A DNA stretch of 64,000 bases from Clostridia bacterium. GTDB taxonomy: Bacteria; Bacillota; Clostridia; UMGS1883; UMGS1540. The position numbers and the translations under genes are program-made. Below, one piece after another: positions 18,333-27,765 of the stretch. The stretch's first letter is position 1. Each line of letters opens with the position of its first letter. Under the pieces are notes generated by a model. That model had not been told where the DNA came from and ran no database searches. It saw nothing but the letters and a program-made list of their open reading frames with translations. Where the stretch lies: assembly GCA_017436645.1 (NCBI GenBank), contig JAFSCR010000025.1:543-64542 (forward strand). Direction: 5' to 3'.

Positions 18333-21119
18333 ATGAAAAATCTCAGAAAAGTTCTGGCACTCGTAACAATGCTTACGATGCTGCTTAGCGTAGCAGTTAG
18401 CGCCGGCACCCTGTATCCGGATGTTGCTGACGATGCTTCCTACGTTCAGGCAGTAGAAACCCTTAACGCTCTTGAAATCATGGTTGGTGATGAAAAGGGC
18501 AACTTTAACCCGGATGCAAGCATCACAAGAGCAGAAGCTGCTGCTGTTGTTGTTCGCTTAAAGAATCTGGGCGATGCAGCAAACGCTGCAGGTGCAACAG
18601 TATTTACAGACGTTCCCGCTGACCACTGGGCAGCTGGCTATGTAAACTTTGCACAGCAGAGCGGCATCATCAACGGTTATGGCGATGGTACCTTCGGTCC
18701 TTCCGACCCTGTTACCTACGAACAGATCGTTAAGATGATCGTTGCAGCTCTCGGTTACACCCCCGAAGCAGAAGCTAAGGGCGGCTATCCTTCCGGTTAC
18801 ATGATGGTTGCTTCCCAGAACGACATCACCAAGGGTGTTGGCGTTAAGGTTGGCGCTGAAGCTCCCCGTGCAGCAGTTGCTCGTGCAGCTTACAACGCTC
18901 TCGAAGTTCCCATGATGGCTCAGAGCGAATTCTCTAACACAGGCGAAGCTAAGTACGAAGTTACTTCCGATACTCTCCTCGACGACTACCTCCACGTAGA
19001 AAAAGTTGAAGGTATCGTAACAAACACCGTTCTTACAAACGGCACACCTGAAGATGACGCTTGGATTAAGATCGACGGCGGCGACGAACTCCTCGTTGGC
19101 AAGACCAATGCAGTTGCTTACCTCGGCTACGCTGTAGAAGCATACGTTGCTGAAGACGAAGAATCCGGCGACCTCGTAGTTAAGGGCATCACCAAGAAGT
19201 CCTTCAACGACGAACTCGTTATTGACCATACCATGTTCTCTGACCTGGATGGCACAACCCTGAAGTACTTTGCAAGCGCTTCTGCTCTTAACGACACAGA
19301 AGTTGAACTTGCACTCACAGGCAAAATCTACAACGGCAGAGCCTATGCAACAGCTGTTGACGACTTCCTTGCAGACCTCGATGCTGACGTTGCTAACACA
19401 TTCGGCACACTGAAGCTCGTTTCTAACGACAAGGATGACGATTACGAATATGCTTTCTTAACACAGGCTTCTTACAATGACGTTATCGAAGAAGTTAATG
19501 CAGAAGCTCTTACCCTTACCGGTAAAGCAGGTCTTGCAAACGCTATCGACATTGAAGACGAAAACGTTATCACAATGTTCTTCAAGGCTGACGGCACTGT
19601 AGCAGAATTCGCTGACATCAAAGCTGGCGACGTTCTCACAGTATACGCTTCCAACGACGGCGCTCTCCAGGAAGTTTACATTTCCGACGCTAAGGTTGAA
19701 GGCTCTGTAGAAGAAATCATCCCCGGCGAAGACGGCGATGACACCTACGTAATCGGTGGCAAAGAATACCGCATAGCATACGCTGACGGCGCATTCGCAG
19801 CTTCCGTTAACAACGGCGATGAAGGCACATTCTTCATCAACGCTGAAGGCAAAATCGTTTCTAAGAAGGCAACTGCTGCTGCAGGCGCATACGCATACCT
19901 CTACAAAGCAGACTACATCAAGGACATTGATGGCGCTGCTGTTCAGATGAAGGTTCTGACAAGCGAAGGCAAGTGGGAACTCTTAACAACTGCTGCTAAG
20001 GTTACAGCTGTTGTTGACGGTGTAGTATCCGCTTCCAACGTATTTGCTGCAAAGCCCGCTTCCGGCAGCCCCGCTGCAGTAATTGACGCTTTCGATCCCC
20101 TCTTCACAACTTCCGTAACAGATGCTGGCGTTTACTCCGTATCCATCAGCGCTGACGGTACAAACAGACTCTTCCAGTATGCAACAGATGCTAACGGCTA
20201 CATCAACAAGCTGTACATCATCGATGCAAACTCTGGTCAGTACGATGATTCCATCTTCTCTCTCGACTACGATTACACCGCAGGCAAAACCTTCAAGGCT
20301 TCTGCTAACAAGATGGGTAACGTATACTTCGCAGACGAAACAATCGTATTCAGCGTTCCTTCTGCAGCTCCCGCTGACGAAGACGAAGTTACTGTAACAA
20401 AGGTTTCCGCTCTCTTCCAGGATGCTGAATCCTACGAAGTAGAAGTTTACGACGTAGTTGACGAAGTTCCCTCTATCGCTGTTGCTTACGATGCAACTTC
20501 TGCTATCGTAGAAGGCACAAACCTCTTCGTTGTAACCAAGGTTTCTTCTACCACCGGTGAAAACAACGAAAACCTCGTAAAACTCTATGGTTACCAGAAC
20601 GGTGCTGAAGTTTCCGGCACATACGATGTTGCTGATGTAACTCTCCTCGAAGCTGACGGCACAACTGATGCAGTCTCCATCGAAGCTGGCGACGTTATCA
20701 TCTTCAGCCTCAACGGCGAAGGCCTCATCAACAACGCTCAGGTTCTCATGGACAATGCTACAGCTCTTGCTACAACAGCATTCGGCGATGGCGTTGAAAT
20801 CGGTGCTGACAACACAGCAAACGATATCTTCGGTTTCGTAGCTGAAAGAAAGAACACCAGAATCACTCTGGCTGATGGCTGGGCTGCAGGTAGCAACATT
20901 CTTGTTGACGACGAAAGCAATAACATTGCTATCGCTCTCAACGGCACCTTCTCCGTATACGAAGTAAACCTCAACAGAGCTAACCCCACAGTTACTGTAT
21001 CTTCTATCGCTAAGATCACAGCTAACAACAGAGCTGGTGCTGACGGTTCTTGGGTATACATCCGCATGTACGACGGCGCTATCGTAGACGTTGTTGTTTA
21101 CAAGCTGGAAAACGCCTAA
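18333..21119 (+). CDS. S-layer protein with N-terminal SLH domains
   Basis: Signal peptide; SLH repeats (FNPD-x2-ITRAE, FTDV-x3-HWA-x-GY, GYGDGTFGP); acidic Ala/Val/Thr-rich body; strong high-expression codon bias; AGGAGG RBS. Confidence 0.92.
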   Translation: MKNLRKVLALVTMLTMLLSVAVSAGTLYPDVADDASYVQAVETLNALEIMVGDEKGNFNPDASITRAEAAAVVVRLKNLGDAANAAGATVFTDVPADHWAAGYVNFAQQSGIINGYGDGTFGPSDPVTYEQIVKMIVAALGYTPEAEAKGGYPSGYMMVASQNDITKGVGVKVGAEAPRAAVARAAYNALEVPMMAQSEFSNTGEAKYEVTSDTLLDDYLHVEKVEGIVTNTVLTNGTPEDDAWIKIDGGDELLVGKTNAVAYLGYAVEAYVAEDEESGDLVVKGITKKSFNDELVIDHTMFSDLDGTTLKYFASASALNDTEVELALTGKIYNGRAYATAVDDFLADLDADVANTFGTLKLVSNDKDDDYEYAFLTQASYNDVIEEVNAEALTLTGKAGLANAIDIEDENVITMFFKADGTVAEFADIKAGDVLTVYASNDGALQEVYISDAKVEGSVEEIIPGEDGDDTYVIGGKEYRIAYADGAFAASVNNGDEGTFFINAEGKIVSKKATAAAGAYAYLYKADYIKDIDGAAVQMKVLTSEGKWELLTTAAKVTAVVDGVVSASNVFAAKPASGSPAAVIDAFDPLFTTSVTDAGVYSVSISADGTNRLFQYATDANGYINKLYIIDANSGQYDDSIFSLDYDYTAGKTFKASANKMGNVYFADETIVFSVPSAAPADEDEVTVTKVSALFQDAESYEVEVYDVVDEVPSIAVAYDATSAIVEGTNLFVVTKVSSTTGENNENLVKLYGYQNGAEVSGTYDVADVTLLEADGTTDAVSIEAGDVIIFSLNGEGLINNAQVLMDNATALATTAFGDGVEIGADNTANDIFGFVAERKNTRITLADGWAAGSNILVDDESNNIAIALNGTFSVYEVNLNRANPTVTVSSIAKITANNRAGADGSWVYIRMYDGAIVDVVVYKLENA

Positions 21120-21151
21120 TCGTTAGACAGAATAATCCGTAAGGATTCAAT

Positions 21152-21185
21152 AAAAACGGCCTCCCATTCGGGAGGTCGTTTTTTT
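21152..21185 (+). terminator. Intrinsic terminator of the S-layer gene
   Basis: AAAAACGGCCTCCC-ATTC-GGGAGGTCGTTTTTTT. Confidence 0.85.
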
Positions 21186-21196
21186 GTTATCTATTA

Positions 21197-21665
21197 AAAG
21201 AAGAAAGAATAAATAATAATGAATAAATAAAGAATAAATGCTCTGCTACCCAAGAGAAATTTCTTATTTCATTTATTCTCTCTTCTTTATTTTTTAAACC
21301 CTTCGCCATGCCTTCCCCTTGAGGGGAAGGGGGACCGCTTGCGGTGGATGAGGTGTGTCTGCTCCCTCTGTGCCGCCAATCTCTAAATCCGCACTTTCCC
21401 AAAAGCGCATCAAAAGGAGCGGCAGGCGGCTCGAAGGAAGACCCGAAGGGGCTTACCTGAGATAGTCGAGGAAGACCGCTCTGCGGGCTTGCCGAGCGGA
21501 AAGCATGTAAAAGTCGGAGACGTTTAGCGAGTTGCGCCACGGGGCGCATAGTGTCGTGTCACACCCCACAAAAATATAAAAAGAACAAAGAAGAAAGAAT
21601 AAAGAATAACTGTCCAGTTGTCCGCCGGAAAATTTCTTATTACTTCTTTATTCTTTTCTTCCTTT
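21197..21665. repeat. Composite intergenic repeat cluster: two purine-rich/pyrimidine-rich inverted modules flanking GC-rich palindromes
   Basis: AAAGAAGAAAGAATAAA...AATTTCTTATT occurs at about 21197-21295 and 21587-21665; CCTTCCCCT-TG-AGGGGAAGG palindrome at 21311-21330. Confidence 0.7.
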
Positions 21666-21685
21666 CCACATATCAGAGCAAAATT

Positions 21686-21714
21686 AAAGGACAGTGATTT
21701 TCACTGTCCCTTTT
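21686..21714 (-). terminator. Intrinsic terminator of the HPr-like gene
   Basis: AAAGGACAGTGA-TTT-TCACTGTCC-CTTTT hairpin. Confidence 0.7.
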
Positions 21715-21735
21715 GTCTTTCGTATGAAACTAAAA

Positions 21736-21963
21736 TTAAGCGATAAAATCTTTAAGATCTGCTTCAATAGCTTCCGGAGCGTCCGTGTGCACTTCCACAC
21801 GAATGGGCTTGCCAAGGTCAAGGCTGAAAATACCCATAATGGATTTGGCGTCAACAACGTAACGGCCGGAGATTAAATCAATCTCAAAATCATACTTGTT
21901 TACGATGTTTACAAAGTTCTTAACATCCGTAATGGATTTTAAAACAACATCAAATGCTTTCAT
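21736..21963 (-). CDS. HPr family protein lacking the His15 motif
   Basis: VDAKSIMGIFSL (Ser46 motif) present, GLHARP absent; GGAGG RBS. Confidence 0.88.
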   Translation of the reverse strand: MKAFDVVLKSITDVKNFVNIVNKYDFEIDLISGRYVVDAKSIMGIFSLDLGKPIRVEVHTDAPEAIEADLKDFIA

Positions 21964-22044
21964 GTTAAAATACCTCCTAAAATTATTTTTTCCTTACTTT
22001 CTATTATATAGAAATTTGGGAAAAAGTCAAGAGATATTTTAAAC

Positions 22045-22662
22045 TTATTCACCGGAGGCCTCAATTTTTACAACAGAAATTTCGTATGCCGTTTTGGTAA
22101 TAAACGTGTCCTCTGCCGTCCGTTTTCTGTATTCTCTGGATTGAATCCGCCCGGAAAGGCGAACCTTGTCACCCACCGCCAGATTTTTTGAAAATCTCGC
22201 ATTTCTGCCCCATGCAATGCCGGGGATATAATCGGATTTATTATAGGAACGGTTTACCGCAAGCAGCATATCCGCAATTTCCCGACCAAACGGCGTGTGC
22301 CTGTACACGGGCGGCTTGCAAATATATCCCACAAGCACAATCTCGTTGGGCGGTGCATCCGTTTCCGCCTCCGGAAATCGAATGTCACGGGCGAAAAGAG
22401 TGAGCATCAGTCGGCTGCCCTCGTCGCTGTAATTGTTGTAAGACCGAAATTGCCCCGCAATTTCCACTCTGTCCCCGACTTTCAGCCCCGAAGGGTCACA
22501 CAGCCTTTCCGAAACGGTTACGGGAATAGAGTCCTTTGCCTCCGAAAGTCTCGGTACACAAACGTGAAACGTATAAAACCCTTCTCCGTAAACGCTGTGG
22601 GAAAATACGGCCTCGTCCTCCACAAGCCCCGCAATCAGCGCTGTGTTGGTTTCCATCATCAT
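22045..22662 (-). CDS. Single-stranded DNA-binding protein, clostridial double-OB-fold type
   Basis: FSH-x-VYGEGFY, GQFRSYN, YR-x-TPFGREIAD, SDYIP-x-IAWGRNA and GRIQSREY motifs. Confidence 0.88.
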   Translation of the reverse strand: MMMETNTALIAGLVEDEAVFSHSVYGEGFYTFHVCVPRLSEAKDSIPVTVSERLCDPSGLKVGDRVEIAGQFRSYNNYSDEGSRLMLTLFARDIRFPEAETDAPPNEIVLVGYICKPPVYRHTPFGREIADMLLAVNRSYNKSDYIPGIAWGRNARFSKNLAVGDKVRLSGRIQSREYRKRTAEDTFITKTAYEISVVKIEASGE

Positions 22663-22900
22663 TTCTCCTTCCAAATCGTATCTCTCCTTTTTTGTTGTAA
22701 TTTATGCAGGAATCTGGAAATAGTTTCCAATTTATGTATAGTATACCAGAAAATGGAAATCAATGCAAGAGAAAAATGCCAAATTCTGGAAATTATTTTT
22801 ACAATAGGAATACAGACCCGATTTTCCGTGGTTTTTGCATTTTCCCCCTACCTTTCGCATAGAGTAAAACGGACACTTTAGCTTTGAAAGGAAATGGAAT

Positions 22901-23299
22901 ATGCGCCGGAAATGGATGCTGCCTCTTATTCTTTTTGCCGTCTTTATTCTTCTTGCCATGATTCTGCCGGTGCCGGACGCCGAAGAAACGTGCAGAGCCT
23001 ATCTTTCGGACTGTGGATATGAAACGGACACGACTGTAAATGCCGAGCCTGTAACTTTGCCAAAAGCGGAGGATCGTGTATGGCAAGATTATCTTTTTAT
23101 GCAACGGGAAACCGGTTTTGACATGGCGCCTTACAGCGGCAGGCGAGTCATCCGCTATACATTTACGATTTTAAATTATCCCTTCCAAGGCCCCGTGTTT
23201 GCAAATCTTTACTGGGCAGACGGCAAAATCGTCGGCGGAGATATCATGTCGCCGGCGCTGGACGGGTTTATGCATGGGCTTCCACTCGACTTATTGTGA
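22901..23299 (+). CDS. DUF4830-like exported protein
   Basis: N-terminal hydrophobic helix; Q-x3-GFD-x2-PY-x-G-x-x-V-x-RY and GKIVGGDI motifs. Confidence 0.7.
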   Translation: MRRKWMLPLILFAVFILLAMILPVPDAEETCRAYLSDCGYETDTTVNAEPVTLPKAEDRVWQDYLFMQRETGFDMAPYSGRRVIRYTFTILNYPFQGPVFANLYWADGKIVGGDIMSPALDGFMHGLPLDLL

Positions 23300-23457
23300 C
23301 ATGATAATTTTTGTTTTATGCAAATGTTACAAACTTCCCACCTGTATTTTGTGAGTGTTCACTCTTTACAAGGAGAGGGAACTATGCTATACTAAGTATT
23401 AATGAATTATGGTAAGGGTGAAGTATGCCCTCTTTAAAAAAGAAAGGAATGTTCGAA

Positions 23458-24573
23458 ATGGCAAGTTTAAGTCTGAAAGGCGTTTATAAGCGTTATGCAG
23501 GCGGCGTTACTGCTGTTAGTGACGTAAACCTCGAAATTGCTGATAAGGAGTTCTTAATCCTTGTTGGTCCCTCCGGTTGTGGTAAATCTACAACACTCCG
23601 TATGATTGCAGGTCTTGAAGAAATCTCCGAAGGTGAAATTTACATTGGCGACACCCTCGTTAACGAAGTCGTTCCGAAGGACAGAGACATTGCAATGGTT
23701 TTCCAGAACTATGCTCTCTATCCTCATATGACTGTGTTTGAAAACATGGCATTCGGTCTGCGTCTTAGAAAGACCCCGAAGGATGAAATCAAAAGACGTG
23801 TAGAAGAAGCTGCACGTATTCTCGATATCGAACATCTTCTTGACAGAAAGCCGAAGGCTCTTTCCGGCGGTCAGCGCCAGAGAGTTGCGCTTGGTCGTGC
23901 TATCGTTCGTGAACCGAAGGTCTTCCTTATGGACGAACCGCTCTCGAACCTGGACGCCAAGCTCCGTGTACAGATGCGTGCTGAAATCGGTAAGCTGCAC
24001 AGAAGACTGGCTACAACCTTCATATACGTAACCCATGACCAGGTTGAAGCTATGACAATGGGTACACGTATCGTTGTTATGAAGGACGGCTTCATTCAGC
24101 AGGTTGCATCTCCGCAGGAACTTTATGATACACCCGCAAACCTCTTCGTTGCAGGCTTTATCGGTTCTCCCCAGATGAACTTCTTCGATGCAAAGCTTGA
24201 CAAAGAAGGCGATAAGGTTACCCTCACATTCGGCGAACAGAAGATTGTTCTTCCCGAAGGCAAAGCAAAGGCCCTCGAAGGCAAGGAAGAATACTTCGGC
24301 AAGGAAGTTGTCGTTGGTGTCCGTCCCGAATCCATCTATGATGATGAAGCACACCTTTCCACACTCGCCGAAAGCCTCGTAAAGGTTCACGTTGATAACA
24401 CCGAAATGATGGGTGCCGAAACATATCTGTACCTCATCATGAACGGTGGTCAGCTCACGGCAAGAGTTAACCGTCGTTCTACCGCATCTGTCGGTGATGA
24501 TATTACGGTTGCAATCGATGCAAACAAGATTCACCTCTTTGATAAGGAAACAGAACTCACCATCATTAACTAA
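23458..24573 (+). CDS. msmX: Multiple-sugar ABC transporter ATP-binding protein (MsmX/MalK/UgpC type)
   Basis: GPSGCGKST, VFQNYALYPH, LSGGQRQR, DEPLSNLD and a C-terminal TOBE-type region; stand-alone and highly biased codons. Confidence 0.93.
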   Translation: MASLSLKGVYKRYAGGVTAVSDVNLEIADKEFLILVGPSGCGKSTTLRMIAGLEEISEGEIYIGDTLVNEVVPKDRDIAMVFQNYALYPHMTVFENMAFGLRLRKTPKDEIKRRVEEAARILDIEHLLDRKPKALSGGQRQRVALGRAIVREPKVFLMDEPLSNLDAKLRVQMRAEIGKLHRRLATTFIYVTHDQVEAMTMGTRIVVMKDGFIQQVASPQELYDTPANLFVAGFIGSPQMNFFDAKLDKEGDKVTLTFGEQKIVLPEGKAKALEGKEEYFGKEVVVGVRPESIYDDEAHLSTLAESLVKVHVDNTEMMGAETYLYLIMNGGQLTARVNRRSTASVGDDITVAIDANKIHLFDKETELTIIN

Positions 24574-24652
24574 TAGTGGGAGCTGTAAAAAAAGCCCAGA
24601 CCGCAAAAAGGCAATGTTTAAACTTGGTTGCTATAAAGCGGCTTGATTAGAA

Positions 24653-25036
24653 TTAAAAGAGAAAGAAGAAACCCTTCAAAATATTGAAGGGTTTCTTTTC
24701 ATATATGCCTTTGGCAATCAGTTCAGAATACGTTTCAAGGTCCCTTGACCACGGTGTGATTTTCGAATTGCGGCGGTAACCCATGGAGCTGCCGTGAAGA
24801 TAGAGAAGAATGGGATATTCTTTTTTACTGTCAAAGTTTTCGGGAAGGTACACGTTATAACGAAGTGCACCATGTTCCATATCGGGGCGAACAACCTCGC
24901 CCGCAATTGTTTTCCAGACTCTGCCGGAAACGTTTTTTAGTGTGCCTTCTTCATGGACGGTGATTTCGGTTTCAACTTCGGGATGGGGATACATCACGCC
25001 CTGTGCATTCGTCGCAGCAGAAAAAGTCAGCGTCAT
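24653..25036 (-). pseudogene. Truncated alpha/beta-hydrolase (esterase/peptidase) fragment
   Basis: LRYNVYLPENFDSKKEYPILLYLHG is an esterase N-terminal motif, but the ORF ends in a hairpin before any GxSxG nucleophile motif and has no clear RBS. Confidence 0.6.
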
Positions 25037-25067
25037 TACGAGTACACAAATTCAATTCTTCTTTGCA

Positions 25068-26207
25068 TTATTTATATAGCTTATCATAATTTATTACCTT
25101 GGCACTTGAAACATCTACATCTCCAAGATATTTTGTGCTGTCAAGGCCTACGTTGTTACATAAGTCTATCATCTCTGCAACAGTACTCATATTAACAGGT
25201 ATTCCTTCTTTCAGCATTTTTTTCATACAAATGATTTCTTTTTCGCCATGGGTGTATATTGGAACATTTTCATCAGCACGCCTTGCATCTCGTAGCTCTT
25301 GCATAAAAACAGAAAGATTTTTCTTCATTAATTCTGCATCGCCAAAGATTTTGGGGTCGATTACGATAAAGCTGTGACATAGAGTTGAACCTTGTCCTTT
25401 TACTCTTGCGAAGTGATTTGAAGTGTTACCAAATGATGTTATTGCACTTAAAATTTCGCATATCATACTGTAACCATAACCTTTGTGGCTTCCCATTTCC
25501 TCGGTATTTCCGCCCATAACAAGAATGCCGCCGTCAGTTTTGTTGAATAGACATTCAAGTACGTGCTCTGCATCTGAAGAAACTTTTCCGTCCGAACCAA
25601 TAGCCCAACCCTCAGGCATTGGCTTGCCTTCCTTGTTATATACCTCAAGCTTTCCTCTCGGAACAACAGTAGTTGCGGCATCAAACCAGAATGGATATGG
25701 ATCTGCAGGCATTGCAAAGGCAATAGGATTGGAACCTAAAATGGCTTGTTTCGAGTTCGTATGAACAGCTATAGAATCAGAATTAGTTGTGGATATTCCG
25801 ATAAAGCCTGCATCACATGCCATCTTAGTATAATAACCTGCAATTCCATAATGGCAGGAATTGCGAACAGAAACCATTGCCATACCAACATTTCTTGCTT
25901 TTTCCATAGCTAAAGTCATTGCATAGTGAGCAGTTAGCTGTCCCATGCCGCTATGCCCGTCAATAACTGCTGAAACAGGCGTTTCAAATACAATCTCCGG
26001 CTTTGCGTCAAGATTTATAGATTTGTTTACAATACTCTGATAATATCTTGCAAGTCTCTGTGTTCCGTGTGACTTAATTCCGTACAAATCTGCCAGAATT
26101 AATACGTCTGTAATGATCTCTGACTCCTCCGCAGAAAAGCCAATTTTACAAAAGGCATCATAACACAAGCTTCTTAATTTTTCACTTTCAAATTTTATGT
26201 AACTCAT
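25068..26207 (-). CDS. Ldh_2 family (malate/L-lactate/ureidoglycolate-type) dehydrogenase
   Basis: ADLYG-x2-SHG, RNS-x-HYGIAG, LGSNPIA, D-x-AT and GSHKGYG motifs; visibly AT-rich. Confidence 0.9.
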   Translation of the reverse strand: MSYIKFESEKLRSLCYDAFCKIGFSAEESEIITDVLILADLYGIKSHGTQRLARYYQSIVNKSINLDAKPEIVFETPVSAVIDGHSGMGQLTAHYAMTLAMEKARNVGMAMVSVRNSCHYGIAGYYTKMACDAGFIGISTTNSDSIAVHTNSKQAILGSNPIAFAMPADPYPFWFDAATTVVPRGKLEVYNKEGKPMPEGWAIGSDGKVSSDAEHVLECLFNKTDGGILVMGGNTEEMGSHKGYGYSMICEILSAITSFGNTSNHFARVKGQGSTLCHSFIVIDPKIFGDAELMKKNLSVFMQELRDARRADENVPIYTHGEKEIICMKKMLKEGIPVNMSTVAEMIDLCNNVGLDSTKYLGDVDVSSAKVINYDKLYK

Positions 26208-26475
26208 TTGTCGTCATTCCTCTCCCCAAATTATATTTATATTATAACGTAATATAAATTAAATGGCAATATGTAAATGACAATATGTGAATGTTTAATA
26301 AAATTTTTATGATTCCTTAAAATATTCTGTGTTTTAAGTCGTATTCTTACACATTCTTTATAAATTTCATTGCAAGGCTCGCAATACCTTCATACTCTTC
26401 ATTTTCAAGCTTTTGCATTTACAATACCATTTCCGATGCCCACGCCAAAAAAAATAATTGGAAATGGTTTTTCGT

Positions 26476-27762
26476 TTATTTTTGTGCTTTCTTTGCCATC
26501 TGCGCTGTTATTTTGAGGAATGCATCAATATCGTCAGTGCCGTGGCAGTGGAGCGGCGATACACGGATGGCGCCTGCAAGACCCAGTGCCTCCAGTATTC
26601 GTTTGGAATAGATACTGGAAACCACTCTTTCGTAAACCGTTACGCCCCGTCGTTGGTACTCCGCCGTGCATGCCGTATAGTCCATATTTTCGATTTTAAT
26701 GGCACAAATCAGGTCACGGATTGTAAGGTCCGCCGTGTCCATAAATACAGTCACGCCCTCAATATGGCGAAGTCCCGGCACCTCCTTTGTCCCTTCCAGC
26801 ATGCGGTGCAGAAGCGCTCTTTCCTGCAGATGAATCCGGCGCATACCTTCCAGAAAACGCTCTCTTTTGCTCCCTGCACAGCCAAAATGTTCCCCGATGT
26901 TTACAACGTAATTCATAATTTCCATACACGCCGCAAAGTTTCCGGGGGCGCTTGTGCCAAGCTCAAACACGGATTGGTCTTTGGCGATGAGCTTATGGTG
27001 GGGAAGTGCCGCCACTCTGTCCGAAACATATGCAAAGCCGCATCCCCGAATGCCGAAAAACTTATAAGGCGCAAAGTTCATGCCGTCAATCCCTAAGGAT
27101 TCCACATCCATGGCGTGGTGTGGGGCATGCTGCACCGCATCGGAAACGATGTAAAGGTCAGGCTTTATGGCCCTTGCCTTCTTTACAATGTCCTCCATGT
27201 CCATAATGGTGCCGGAAATGTTGGAGGCGGACATAATGCTTAAAAGACAGGTGTCCCCATCCACATATTTAATAACCTCGTCCGCATCAATTCTGCCCGT
27301 TTGGGGGTTTGCAGGCACAACTCTTAGTTCCTTCCCCGTCTTTTTGCAGTAAAACTCCACCGCATCAAAGGCGGAAGGGTGCTCAATGGAGGAAACCACC
27401 GCATTTTTGCCGGGAATGTTTTCCATAATGAGGCCCACCATGTGGAACATGGTCTGGGAAGCCGTCAGCTCCGTTATAAGCGCCCCGCTCTTTGCTCCGA
27501 AAATAATTTCTAAAATTTCTTTGGTGCCCGTGTCCACAATATTTTTTAAATAGCGGGAGCGTGCATGAATCCGCTCAGGGCAGTCTGGAAAACATTCAAG
27601 CTCTGCTTTTGCATTTACACAAGCTTCAAGCCGCAAGCTGCCGCCCGAGTTTTCAAAGAACAGACGGTCCCCATAGATAGGGTCCGCATCTGCATGGCAA
27701 AACTTTGCCTTTAATTCTTTCTGATAATCGGCATCAAATAATAATCCGTTTGGGAAATGCAT
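26476..27762 (-). CDS. Class V PLP-dependent aminotransferase-fold enzyme
   Basis: FENSGGS, EHPS, DAVQHAPH, FAPYKFFG (PLP Lys), FELGT and IRVS motifs. Confidence 0.85.
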   Translation of the reverse strand: MHFPNGLLFDADYQKELKAKFCHADADPIYGDRLFFENSGGSLRLEACVNAKAELECFPDCPERIHARSRYLKNIVDTGTKEILEIIFGAKSGALITELTASQTMFHMVGLIMENIPGKNAVVSSIEHPSAFDAVEFYCKKTGKELRVVPANPQTGRIDADEVIKYVDGDTCLLSIMSASNISGTIMDMEDIVKKARAIKPDLYIVSDAVQHAPHHAMDVESLGIDGMNFAPYKFFGIRGCGFAYVSDRVAALPHHKLIAKDQSVFELGTSAPGNFAACMEIMNYVVNIGEHFGCAGSKRERFLEGMRRIHLQERALLHRMLEGTKEVPGLRHIEGVTVFMDTADLTIRDLICAIKIENMDYTACTAEYQRRGVTVYERVVSSIYSKRILEALGLAGAIRVSPLHCHGTDDIDAFLKITAQMAKKAQK

Positions 27763-27765
27763 TTT

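Noticed and set aside
23554-24606. 350-aa minus-strand ORF
   Set aside because: Antisense to msmX; strong codon bias removes stop codons on the opposite strand.
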